A stretch of 64,000 bases of DNA from Anaerolineae bacterium (GTDB lineage Bacteria > Chloroflexota > Anaerolineae > Anaerolineales > UBA6663). The DNA is taken from contig JBBIQY010000002.1 in the NCBI GenBank assembly GCA_037442085.1, positions 6,583 to 70,582 on the forward strand. The letters run 5' to 3'. Below are positions 47,394 through 56,405 of the stretch, in pieces. Numbering within the stretch: position 1 is the stretch's first letter; each line of letters begins with the position of its first letter. The translations under genes and the position numbers were made by a program. Under the pieces are notes generated by a model. The model saw nothing but the letters and a program-made list of their open reading frames with translations. It ran no database searches and was not told the DNA's origin.

Positions 47394-48410
47394 GTGGCAG
47401 CGCGCTGGAACTCAACCCAGGTCACCGGCGTGGCGGCGGCGTTGCTCTCGGCGCTGGCCTCGGGCTTCGTGCCCATCTTCGGCAAACAGGCCTATGAGGC
47501 GGGGCTGGAGCCGTTTACGGTGGTGATGCTGCGGACGGTGGGCGCGGCCGGCCTGCTCTGGTTCTTCTACCTGGTCTTCGCACGCAAGAGCATCTTCATC
47601 TACCCCTTCGCCTTCTGGGCCTGCGTAATCGCAGGCGCGGTCAACGGCCTGGGGTCGCTGCTGTTCTATACCAGCCTGAAGGATTTGAATGCCTCCCTCA
47701 GCCAGCTGCTCTTCACCCTCTACCCGCTCTTCCTCACGTTATTCTCGTGGCTCGACGGCTATCGCCTGTCGCGGCTGACGCTGGTGCGGCTCGGGCTGGC
47801 GCTGCTGGCCGTCTTTCTGCTCAAGTGGTCGGACCCTGCCGGCGCGAACTGGAGCGCAGCGCTGTTGATGATCGCCTCAGGCGCGCTGTATGCGTTGCAC
47901 ATCGCCCTCAACCAGCACACACTTTACGACGTCCCCTCGCCAACGGTGACGCTGTACACACTGAGCGGCATGGCCGGCACGGTCTTCATCGCCTACCTCA
48001 TCGGCGGGAGGCCGGCCCTGCCGGCCAGCGCAACGGCCTGGCAGCCGGTGCTGTTGCTCACGCTCGTCACGGTCACTGCGCGGTTGACGCTGTTTGTCGG
48101 CGTCAAGCACCTGGGCGGGATGCAGACGATCCTGCTCAACCTGAGCGAAGCTCTCGTCACCATCGTGGCGGCCAGCCTGCTGTTGAACGAGATGCTTACG
48201 CCGTTGCAGTGGTTGGGCGCGGGCCTGTTGGCCGTCTCGCTGCTGCTGGTGACGCGTGAGCAAGCGCTGGGCGCGATCCCGCAACCCAAGCCCTGGTTGC
48301 TGATCTTCACCGCATGGTTTGAAGCGGTGCGGCCTCAGTTGCCGCATCCGCGCCGCTCTCCTGCCCTCCGGAAACCCATTGCCCCGCCGCCAGCCGCCGA
48401 TGACGAGTAA
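47394..48410 (+). CDS. EamA/DMT-family transporter
   Basis: ~10 hydrophobic helices in two repeated halves, typical of EamA. GTG start 8 nt after the upstream stop. Confidence 0.7.
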   Translation: MAARWNSTQVTGVAAALLSALASGFVPIFGKQAYEAGLEPFTVVMLRTVGAAGLLWFFYLVFARKSIFIYPFAFWACVIAGAVNGLGSLLFYTSLKDLNASLSQLLFTLYPLFLTLFSWLDGYRLSRLTLVRLGLALLAVFLLKWSDPAGANWSAALLMIASGALYALHIALNQHTLYDVPSPTVTLYTLSGMAGTVFIAYLIGGRPALPASATAWQPVLLLTLVTVTARLTLFVGVKHLGGMQTILLNLSEALVTIVAASLLLNEMLTPLQWLGAGLLAVSLLLVTREQALGAIPQPKPWLLIFTAWFEAVRPQLPHPRRSPALRKPIAPPPAADDE

Positions 48411-48517
48411 GCACGACCGCGGTCGGAAATCCATGCCGCGGTCAATCGCCTCACAGCTTTGCCCAAATTCATCTCAAGGAAAATTGAACACGCCGCACGA
48501 CTTCAACGCAAGCCGGA

Positions 48518-48526
48518 TGTTATAAT
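48518..48526 (+). promoter_or_regulatory. Extended -10 promoter (TGtTATAAT) upstream of pyk
   Basis: tgttataat lies 60 nt before ATG 48587. No clear -35. Confidence 0.4.
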
Positions 48527-48586
48527 CGCCGCGGTCAGCCGCTCTCCTTTCACTTGGCCAACGCACCCAGCGGCACAGGAAACCGT

Positions 48587-50020
48587 ATGCGGTTCACGAA
48601 GATCGTTTGCACCATCGGGCCGGCGTGTAATACCGAGGACAAAATCGCCCAGCTCATCGAAGCGGGCATGAACGTCGCCCGGCTTAATTTTTCTCACGGG
48701 ACACACGCCGAGCACGCGGCCACCATCGGTAAACTCCGCCGCGTCGCCAATCGCCTCAACCGGCCCCTGGCGATCCTGCAAGATTTACAAGGCCCGAAGA
48801 TCCGCACCGGTTGGCTCCAGGACCACAAACCGGTGGAGTTGAAAGACGGCGCGGAGTTCATCATCACCACCCGCAACGTCCCCGGCGACGCACGCCAGGT
48901 CTCCACCACTTATGACGGGCTGCCCGGCGATGTGAAGGCCGGCGACCGCATCCTGCTGGACGACGGGATGATGAAACTCAAGGTCGAACGCATAGCCGGA
49001 GGCACGGATGTACACACTCGCGTCATCCATGGCGGCCTGCTCAAGGAGCATAAGGGCATTAATTTGCCGGGTGTGCTGGTCAACGCTCCCTCGCTCACCG
49101 AGAAGGACCGCGAAGACCTGGCCTTTGGCCTGGAGCAGCAGGTGGATTATGTGGCGCTCAGCTTCGTGCGTCGCGCCGAGGATGTGGCCCTCATCAAGCG
49201 CGCACTGGTGGAGCTGAATCCCAAAGCCGCTAAGACCCCCATCATCGCCAAGCTGGAAAAGCCCTCGGCGCTGGACAACCTCGAGTCCATCGTGGACATC
49301 GCCGACGGCGTGATGGTGGCCCGCGGCGACCTGGGCGTGGAGTTGTCGCCGCAGCAGGTTCCCACCGCCCAGAAGCGCATCATCGAAGCCGCCAACCGCC
49401 ACCGCAAAATCGTCATCACCGCCACGCAAATGCTCGAGTCCATGATCCACAACCCGCTGCCCACGCGGGCCGAGGTCTCCGACGTGGCTAACGCCATCTT
49501 CGACGGCACCGACGCCGTGATGCTCTCCGGCGAGACGGCGACCGGCCAGTATCCCATCGAGGCCGTGAAAATGATGGCCGCGATTGCCGAGGAAGCCGAG
49601 TCCAACGGCGCCAAGTACAGCCGCTGGCAGGTGCCGAACGAAGTGACGACCGAGGATGCCATTGCGCTGGCGCGCGCCGCCCGCGAGCTGGCCCACGACC
49701 GCGCCGTGCAGGCCATCGCCGTGTTCTCGCTCACCGGCCGCAACGCCCGCCTCCTCTCCAAGGCCCGCCCGGACGTGCCCATCCTTGGCTTCACGCCCGA
49801 CCCCAAGACTTACGCCCGCATGAGCCTGCTGTGGGGCGTGATGCCCTACCTGGTGCCCCACGCCGACAGTGTGGAGACGATGCTGGCGCACGTCGAGGCC
49901 GCTATGCTGCTCAACTCGCCGGTGCGCCCCGGCCAGCAAGTCATTCTAATGGCCGGCATCCCGCCCACCAAGCTCGCCCCGGCCAACTTCATCTTCCTGC
50001 ACACCGTGGGCCGCAATTAG
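48587..50020 (+). CDS. pyk: Pyruvate kinase
   Basis: MRFTKIVCTIGPA, NVARLNFSHG, MVARGDLGVE, and a C-terminal regulatory domain. Confidence 0.95.
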   Translation: MRFTKIVCTIGPACNTEDKIAQLIEAGMNVARLNFSHGTHAEHAATIGKLRRVANRLNRPLAILQDLQGPKIRTGWLQDHKPVELKDGAEFIITTRNVPGDARQVSTTYDGLPGDVKAGDRILLDDGMMKLKVERIAGGTDVHTRVIHGGLLKEHKGINLPGVLVNAPSLTEKDREDLAFGLEQQVDYVALSFVRRAEDVALIKRALVELNPKAAKTPIIAKLEKPSALDNLESIVDIADGVMVARGDLGVELSPQQVPTAQKRIIEAANRHRKIVITATQMLESMIHNPLPTRAEVSDVANAIFDGTDAVMLSGETATGQYPIEAVKMMAAIAEEAESNGAKYSRWQVPNEVTTEDAIALARAARELAHDRAVQAIAVFSLTGRNARLLSKARPDVPILGFTPDPKTYARMSLLWGVMPYLVPHADSVETMLAHVEAAMLLNSPVRPGQQVILMAGIPPTKLAPANFIFLHTVGRN

Positions 50021-50025
50021 CTAGC

Positions 50026-51255
50026 GTGATCCACCTGCTTGGAGATCGGCGGCGCGCGCGCCTCGGGCCGACGGCGCTGGCGAGCGCTTACTATTTCTTC
50101 TATTTCGGCGCGGTCGGCGCGTACTTTCCCTTCATCGGGCTGTTTTATCAAGGGCTTGGACTGAGCGGCCTACAGATCGGCCTGCTTGCCAGCATCGGGC
50201 CGCTCTGCAATCTGACGACGGGCACGCTCTGGAGCAGCCTGGCCGACCGCTTTCGCCTGCATCGTCCGCTACTCGTGGCGCTCTCCTTCGCGCCGCTTCT
50301 GCCCGCGCTCCTTACGCCGCTCCTAGCCGCACACGTACCGGCAGCGTATGAGTCGTGGAAGTTCGGCGCAATGGTCGTGCTGGCGGTGATGGCAAACATC
50401 TTCGCCTCCGGCCTCGGCCCGTTGATTGACAGCGCCACGCTCGAACTGGTCGAGGGCACGGCGCGGTCCTACGGCGACATCCGGCTGTGGGGTACGCTCG
50501 GTTACATTTCCCATGTCCTGCTGGTCGGCTGGGCGGTGCAAAACCTCGGGCTGGAGTGGCTGTTCTATTCGTATGCCGCCAGCCTGGCTCTGGCCGGTTT
50601 GGTCGCGTTGGGCCTGCCCGATCGGCAACGCCTCCTGCGTACTACATTCAGCGCCGGGTTTCGCCAGTTGCTGGTTCAGCCCTCATTCAGCCTGTTTCTG
50701 GTCGGCAGCCTGGTGAGCGGCGCGGCAGTATATGGGGCCTTTTCGTTTTACTCCCTCCACTTGCAGATGCTGGGGGGAACGGCCACCCTGGTTGGCTATG
50801 CCAATGCCCTGTCGGCCCTGAGCGAATTGCCCGTGCTGCGTTACTCGCGGAAGCTTTTGCGCTGGCTCGGCGCGTGGGGGAGTATGATGCTGGGTGGGGT
50901 GACCTATGCCGGGCGCTGGGCGCTGGTCGCCGTAGCCGGACAACCGTTGGCCGTGCTCTGGACTCAAGCCCTGCATGGCCCCTCGTTCGGTGCCTTCCTG
51001 GTGGGCAGCGTGGCCTACGCCGACGAGCGCGCACCGGTCGGCCTGAATGCGACCGCGCAGGCGCTGCTCACCGCGGCCTCCTTCGGGCTGGGCGCAGCCC
51101 TCGGCGCCGGCGTGGGCGGCTGGGTGTTCGATGCCCTGGGCGCGAGCGGTTTCTTCCTCGCCGTCGCCGCCACCAACCTGGCCGGTCTGCTGTTCCTCGT
51201 TGCCGCGCGCCGCAGCGAAAGTCATCTATCATCAATCATGACCGATGACCGATGA
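50026..51255 (+). CDS. MFS transporter
   Basis: ~12 TM segments with N-terminus YYFFYFGAVGAYFPFIGLFY. GTG 50026 lies just after the pyk stop. Confidence 0.65.
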   Translation: MIHLLGDRRRARLGPTALASAYYFFYFGAVGAYFPFIGLFYQGLGLSGLQIGLLASIGPLCNLTTGTLWSSLADRFRLHRPLLVALSFAPLLPALLTPLLAAHVPAAYESWKFGAMVVLAVMANIFASGLGPLIDSATLELVEGTARSYGDIRLWGTLGYISHVLLVGWAVQNLGLEWLFYSYAASLALAGLVALGLPDRQRLLRTTFSAGFRQLLVQPSFSLFLVGSLVSGAAVYGAFSFYSLHLQMLGGTATLVGYANALSALSELPVLRYSRKLLRWLGAWGSMMLGGVTYAGRWALVAVAGQPLAVLWTQALHGPSFGAFLVGSVAYADERAPVGLNATAQALLTAASFGLGAALGAGVGGWVFDALGASGFFLAVAATNLAGLLFLVAARRSESHLSSIMTDDR

Positions 51256-51262
51256 CTGACGT

Positions 51263-51268
51263 TATAAT
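51263..51268 (+). promoter_or_regulatory. TATAAT box 8 nt upstream of ATG 51277 (possible leaderless transcript)
   Basis: gttataatcgcccctgATG. Shares the gttataatcgcc motif with the pyk promoter. No SD is possible in the 8-nt gap. Confidence 0.4.
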
Positions 51269-51276
51269 CGCCCCTG

Positions 51277-52104
51277 ATGAATGCGCCTGCTCAAGCCTCT
51301 GCCCCGCTGCCCGCCGTCCACCTGCGCTGCACGCAATGCGGCACGGAGCTGCATCCCGAAGAAAGCCAACGCTTCATCACCTGCCCCAACTGCAACAGCA
51401 CCATCTACCTCGACAAGTCGCGCGTGGTCTTGCACTACGCCCTGGCGCCGACCGTAGATGACCGGAAGGCGCGCGGCCTGTTGGCGCAGTGGATGGCCGG
51501 CAATGAGACCGTGAAAGACCTGGACCGGAAGGCGCAGGTCGTCGCGCAGACCTTCGAGTATTTTCCGCTCTGGTATTTCAAATGGCGCGTCCAGGGCAAG
51601 GAAGAGATCATGTTGGAGCCGGCCGCCGCAACTTCGGTCAGCGAACTGCGGCGGCTGAACCTGCCTGCCGGCGACCTTCGGCGGTACGATCCGAGCCTGG
51701 ACGGCCAGGCCCACCCCCCAACCGTCCCCCTGCAGACAGCGCTCGGCTGGTTACAGGGGCGCGGCCTCAATGTCGCCAATATCGCCGAAACGGCGCTGGT
51801 GCACGTGCCGCTGTACACCTTCAAGTACACCTTCAACAACAAGACCTACACGGCGCTGGTGGAGGCCGCTACGGGCAAGGTCTTCGCCAACGTCTTCCCA
51901 CCCAAAGCCGAGGCCCCGTACCTGTTGGCCGGCTGCGCGTCCGCGCTGGTCTTCTTCGTCCTGGCATGGATTCCGCTCATCGGCGCGGCGACCGTCGGCG
52001 ATGAGAGCGGCTACTTCGGCGGGCTGGCGGTTTGCGCAGGCCTGGGCTGTCTGACGGCGCCGGTGTTGTTTGCCATCGCAGCCTGGGTAGCGGCGAAGGT
52101 GTGA
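51277..52104 (+). CDS. Zinc-ribbon membrane protein, triad member A (unknown function)
   Basis: CTQCG...CPNC ribbon, YFPLWYF and VPLYTFKY..ATGKVF motifs, 2 C-terminal TM helices. Paralogous to the next gene. Confidence 0.7.
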   Translation: MNAPAQASAPLPAVHLRCTQCGTELHPEESQRFITCPNCNSTIYLDKSRVVLHYALAPTVDDRKARGLLAQWMAGNETVKDLDRKAQVVAQTFEYFPLWYFKWRVQGKEEIMLEPAAATSVSELRRLNLPAGDLRRYDPSLDGQAHPPTVPLQTALGWLQGRGLNVANIAETALVHVPLYTFKYTFNNKTYTALVEAATGKVFANVFPPKAEAPYLLAGCASALVFFVLAWIPLIGAATVGDESGYFGGLAVCAGLGCLTAPVLFAIAAWVAAKV

Positions 52105-52163
52105 CTCCCCGAACGCACCCCGGCATGCGGCGTTACTGAAAGTCGCTTCGCTTTCTCACGAAC

Positions 52164-53222
52164 ATGTCGGTCGAGAAAACACTTTACGGTCTGAACTGCC
52201 CACGCTGCGGCGGCATGGTTCCCATCCCGGAGGGACAAGCGATCGTCATCTGTCCGTACTGCGATTTGCGCGCCCTGGTGCAAGCGCCGCAGACTGACGG
52301 CGAGCGCGGCGTGCGGCGCTATCAGGCCCCATGCCGCATCAATCAGGCCGCCGCCGGCCAGAAGCTCAAGGATTTTCTCGACAGTCATTGGGCCATCGCC
52401 CGGAACGCAAAGCGTCAGGCGCAACTCAGCGAGCTGTTCCTGGCCTACATCCCGTTCTGGACGATGTGGGCGCGCGTGCTGGCCTGGGTGTTCGGGCAGG
52501 AGCGCGTCGGCAGCGGCAAGAGCAAGCGCTGGGTGGCGCGCGAGCGCAAGATCACCGAGGACATGAGCTGGAACGGCGCGGCCTGCGATGTGGCGGAGTT
52601 CGGCGTGAACCGGGTGCCGTTGAGGCTGACGACAGGCGAGCTGGAAGCCTTCGACCCCGACCGGCTGCACGCGCAGGGCCTGGTCTTCGAGCCGATCACT
52701 TCGATGAGCGAGGCCCGGAATGCAGCCGAGGCCGAGTTCACCCGCCGCGTGCAGAGGCAATCCAACCTGGGCCGAATCTCACAGGCGTTTACGCGCTTCA
52801 TCAACCAGCGTTTCGGGCTGGTCTATTATCCACTCTGGGTGCTGCGCTATCTCCATCGCGGGCGGGCGTACCAGGTGGTGGTGGACGGCCACTCCGGCGA
52901 GATTTTGTACGGGCGCGCGCCGGGCAACACCTGGTATCGCGCCGGAATGCTGATCGCCGGCATGGCCGCCGGCGCATTCGTAGCCGTCAACGGCCCGCTG
53001 CTCTCGCTATGGTTCATGGGTAACGCCAGCGGCGACGACGGCGAGGGCCTGCTCGCCGCTGCCCTGGTCACCTTTCTCATCGGCGTCGGGCTGATGCTGA
53101 CAGGTTACAACGCTTTCCGCTACGGCGAGATCTATGAGTTTCAGAAGTACGCGGCCGAACAGCCCAATGCCTTCACCGCCGCAATGGCGCGGGTGAAACA
53201 ATGGACTCGGTCGTCCGACTGA
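52164..53222 (+). CDS. Zinc-ribbon membrane protein, triad member B (unknown function)
   Basis: CPRCG...CPYC, YIPFWTMW, YYPLWVLRY..HSGEILYG, C-terminal TM helices. Confidence 0.7.
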   Translation: MSVEKTLYGLNCPRCGGMVPIPEGQAIVICPYCDLRALVQAPQTDGERGVRRYQAPCRINQAAAGQKLKDFLDSHWAIARNAKRQAQLSELFLAYIPFWTMWARVLAWVFGQERVGSGKSKRWVARERKITEDMSWNGAACDVAEFGVNRVPLRLTTGELEAFDPDRLHAQGLVFEPITSMSEARNAAEAEFTRRVQRQSNLGRISQAFTRFINQRFGLVYYPLWVLRYLHRGRAYQVVVDGHSGEILYGRAPGNTWYRAGMLIAGMAAGAFVAVNGPLLSLWFMGNASGDDGEGLLAAALVTFLIGVGLMLTGYNAFRYGEIYEFQKYAAEQPNAFTAAMARVKQWTRSSD

Positions 53223-53740
53223 CCCCCCTGCTCTGCGCTCACTGCCAGACGCAACTGCCGGCCCAGCCGGACGAGACGGCATGGCGCTGCGCACAGTGCG
53301 GCGCCGGCTGGGCGCTGGACACGGTCAACGACGTGCTTCAGCCCATCGCCCTGCACTTCAGCCGCCGGCTCGACCCGCGCACGCCGGGCCGCCCGTTCTG
53401 GGTGGCGATCGGCACGGTCACGCTGCAGCGCGGCACGTACAGCGGCGACCAGACGCACGCCGCCGAGGCCTTTTGGAGCCAGCCGCGCCGCTTCTTCCTA
53501 CCGGCCTTCACCTGTTCGCTGGATCTGCTGCTGGAGTTGAGCCGCGAGCTATTGCTCAAGCCTCCGGATTTGCAGGACGGCGCCCCGGCGCCGTTCATCG
53601 CCGTCACCGTCTCCGCCTATGACCTGCAGCCGCTGGCCGAGTTCGTCGTCTTCAGCTTCGAGGCCGAGCGCAAGGATCAGCTCAGGGAGTTGCAGGTGCG
53701 CGTCCAGCTGCAACGACCGGAAATTTGGGTGTTGCCCTGA
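53201..53740 (+). CDS. Zinc-ribbon protein, triad member C (soluble, unknown function)
   Basis: CAHCQ...CAQCG ribbon and the GRPFWVAIG motif. 22-nt overlap with member B. Confidence 0.6.
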   Translation: MDSVVRLTPLLCAHCQTQLPAQPDETAWRCAQCGAGWALDTVNDVLQPIALHFSRRLDPRTPGRPFWVAIGTVTLQRGTYSGDQTHAAEAFWSQPRRFFLPAFTCSLDLLLELSRELLLKPPDLQDGAPAPFIAVTVSAYDLQPLAEFVVFSFEAERKDQLRELQVRVQLQRPEIWVLP

Positions 53741-53776
53741 AGGAGGAACCCTCTGCAGGAGATGGGGGTCGGGTCA

Positions 53777-55237
53777 CTACACGCGCAGCGTCTGCCACTT
53801 GCCGCCCCGGAAGCGCAGGTAAAACATCGTCGAACGAAAAACGAAGTCGCACCAGATGGCGAGCCAGGCGCCGAACAGCCCCCAGCCCAGGACGACGCCG
53901 AACACGTAAGCCAACGCCAGCCGCAGCCCCCAGATGGAAGTGATGGTGATGAGCATGGTGGTGCGCGTGTCGCCCGCGCCGCGCAGCGCGCCCGAGAACA
54001 CGAAGGAGGCGGCCAGCACCGGTTGTTGCAGCGCGGACATGCGGATGACGATCGCGCCCGCTTCCAGCACCGCCGAATCGCTGGTGAAGACACGCAGGAT
54101 GGGTGCTTCAAAGGTGAACAACACGGCGCCCATCGCGAACATCACGGCAAACGCCATCCAGAATGCAGCGTAAGCCGACTGCCGTGCGCGCTCCGGGCGG
54201 CGCGCGCCCAACTCCTGCCCGACCAGCGTCGTCGCCGCGATGCTGAAACCCCAGCCCGGCAGAAACGAGAGCGCCGAAATCCGCAGGCCCACGCTATGTG
54301 CAGCGTAGGCCGCCGTGCCGAACGTCGAGATAATTCCTGCTAGGTTGAGCAGGGCCAGCTGCAACATCACCTGCTCTGCGCCTGCCGGCAGGCCGATGTT
54401 GAGGATACGGCGCAGCCGAGCAAAGTCCGGCGCGGCCAGCTTCAGGCCAAGTTGGAGCGGCCCGCGCCCGCGCGCCAGCAGCGCCAACACCATCAGCCCG
54501 CCAAAGATCTGCCCGGAGGCTGCGCCCAGGCCGGAGCCAACCACCCCCAGCGCCGGCAGGCCGAACGCGCCGCGCGTCAGCGGCCAGGCGACCGCGACGT
54601 TGATGACGTTGACCACCAGCATCACCAGCAGCGGCGAACGCGTATCGCCCGCGCCGCGCAGGGCCGCATTGCCCACCAGCAAAACGCCAATGAGGGCGAA
54701 GGAGGACGCCACGGTTTGCAACCAGGCCGTGCCCGTCACGACGACCTCGGGCGCCGCGCCCAACAGGCGGATGATAGGCTCGGCCAGCAGCCAGCCGGCC
54801 AGCGCAACGGCTGCGCCTAACACCAACGCCAGCAACAGCGCCTGTCGCAACAGCCGGTTCGCTTCGCCCGGCTCCTGCGCGCCAATGCTGCGCGCCACCA
54901 GCGCCGTCGTCCCTACGCCAATTGCGCCGAACAGCGCCGCCACCAGGTTGAGCACCTGCCCACCCAGGCCTACGCCGGCCAGCGCTGCCGCGCCCAGATG
55001 ACCGACGATGTAAATGTCCACCAGGCCGATCAACGTCAGCAGCGATTGCTCGATGACCGACGGCCAGGCCAGAGTCCATACGCCCCGTCCGACCGAACCG
55101 GCGGCCAGGCGGGCCTTGAGCCGATAGGGTATAAAGTGCAGCAGGGTCTGCGGAAAGGTCGCCAGCGACAGGCCGGGGTGGCGGATATGCAGTTCGGGTT
55201 CAAGGGTCTCTTCGTCAATCGTTTCGTTGGTTTTCAT
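53777..55237 (-). CDS. MATE-family efflux transporter
   Basis: 486 aa, ~12 TM in two homologous halves, with recurring LRGAGDTR motifs typical of NorM/DinF. Confidence 0.75.
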   Translation of the reverse strand: MKTNETIDEETLEPELHIRHPGLSLATFPQTLLHFIPYRLKARLAAGSVGRGVWTLAWPSVIEQSLLTLIGLVDIYIVGHLGAAALAGVGLGGQVLNLVAALFGAIGVGTTALVARSIGAQEPGEANRLLRQALLLALVLGAAVALAGWLLAEPIIRLLGAAPEVVVTGTAWLQTVASSFALIGVLLVGNAALRGAGDTRSPLLVMLVVNVINVAVAWPLTRGAFGLPALGVVGSGLGAASGQIFGGLMVLALLARGRGPLQLGLKLAAPDFARLRRILNIGLPAGAEQVMLQLALLNLAGIISTFGTAAYAAHSVGLRISALSFLPGWGFSIAATTLVGQELGARRPERARQSAYAAFWMAFAVMFAMGAVLFTFEAPILRVFTSDSAVLEAGAIVIRMSALQQPVLAASFVFSGALRGAGDTRTTMLITITSIWGLRLALAYVFGVVLGWGLFGAWLAIWCDFVFRSTMFYLRFRGGKWQTLRV

Positions 55238-55255
55238 CGAGTCAGGGTCAACCGT

Positions 55256-55864
55256 TCATCGGCTGTGTTCTGCCAGATGGATCTGCGCCAGGCCCCACGC
55301 CGCCGCGCAGCCGATGCCGGACATCTGTCCGCTGTACAGGAGCGGCAGCACCTCGCGGCGGTGGACGAGGTGATGAGTCAACATCTCCGAGTCATCCAGA
55401 CGTTGAGCCGCGACCTGCGTCAGACCTTGCGCCAGGTACAAATGCGCGGCGGTCGCCGAGCGATTGGTGTCAAGATGATAGGCCCCGAGGCGCGTCCAAT
55501 GACAAGCCGCATAGCCGGTCTCCTCAAGCAGCTCGCGCTGCGCGGCAGCCAGCGGGTCTTCATCCGGCGTTTCCAGGTAGCCGGCGGGGAAATCGTAAAC
55601 GATGCGCCTCGGGCCGTGCTTGTACTGTCTCACCAGCAGCACTTGCTCGTCGTCCGTCAGGGCGACCACCAGGCTATAGTCTCGTCCGGGCGTCAACACG
55701 TAATCATGAATATGTGGCCGTTGGGCAACTGCACCGTCTGCCGCAGAACGCGCAGCCAGGGGGAATAGTCCAGCAGTTGCTCGGAGGCCAGCACTTGCCA
55801 GGGGTGAAGGCCGGTCATCTCGGCGTTGATTGGCTACTCTGAGACACGCCAGGGCATAGGGCAA
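55256..55864 (-). CDS. NUDIX hydrolase (ADP-ribose pyrophosphatase-like)
   Basis: Nudix box GYLETPDEDPLAAAQRELLEETGY. Start uncertain. Confidence 0.8.
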   Translation of the reverse strand: MPYALACLRVANQRRDDRPSPLASAGLRATAGLFPLAARSAADGAVAQRPHIHDYVLTPGRDYSLVVALTDDEQVLLVRQYKHGPRRIVYDFPAGYLETPDEDPLAAAQRELLEETGYAACHWTRLGAYHLDTNRSATAAHLYLAQGLTQVAAQRLDDSEMLTHHLVHRREVLPLLYSGQMSGIGCAAAWGLAQIHLAEHSR

Positions 55865-55921
55865 ACTTCACGCTTGCCGTGGCGAACGCAGCCGCGTCTT
55901 GTATGGTGGCGATGCAACCTT

Positions 55922-56305
55922 TCAGTAAGGCGGCTGGAGGGTAAACGGGACGACGCGTTCGTCCACCAGCTGCTTTTCGTCGGGACGATCGTCGTCGGCA
56001 GGATAGTAGAGCGCCACATGCAACGTGTGGTCGCCCTGAGGCTCCGGTCCGCGCAGATGCAGCGTGAACTCGAAATCCTGCTCTATCGCCTCGATCAGGC
56101 TCAAGCTGGCCACAACATGACCGGTGGCATTGGTGACCCAGGCGTCCACACTGGGGCGCTCTACAAACGGCAGAAACCTGAGCAGCAGTCTGACGCGCCG
56201 CCCATCGGCGTAGGGTAACACCCGCACCTCGGCAAAGCGCATCTCGCTGCGCGTCAGGGGAACGGGGATGTCTTCCGGACTCTCGTAGAGGGGGAGGTTA
56301 GCCAT
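55922..56305 (-). CDS. Hypothetical protein (127 aa)
   Basis: ATG 56305 (MANLPLYESPEDIP...). GC3-biased. No motif recognised. Confidence 0.5.
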   Translation of the reverse strand: MANLPLYESPEDIPVPLTRSEMRFAEVRVLPYADGRRVRLLLRFLPFVERPSVDAWVTNATGHVVASLSLIEAIEQDFEFTLHLRGPEPQGDHTLHVALYYPADDDRPDEKQLVDERVVPFTLQPPY

Positions 56306-56344
56306 GCACAAGATTATACCTTTCGATCGTTGTCGTTGATTGCT

Positions 56345-56369
56345 GATTTTCGATTTCTGGTCGAAAATC
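56345..56369. promoter_or_regulatory. Perfect 9-bp palindrome GATTTTCGA-n7-TCGAAAATC in a divergent promoter region
   Basis: Lies 37 nt upstream of ATG 56406, in an AT-richer patch between divergent genes. Confidence 0.4.
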
Positions 56370-56405
56370 AGGGACCCTTGTTTCACAAACATCAAGCCTC
56401 AATCC

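Noticed and set aside
56306-56405. SAM or other riboswitch upstream of the Cys/Met PLP gene
   Set aside because: The spacer is only 100 nt, is shared with a divergent gene, and shows none of the conserved SAM-I core segments I can recognise by eye. Only the 9-bp palindrome stands out.
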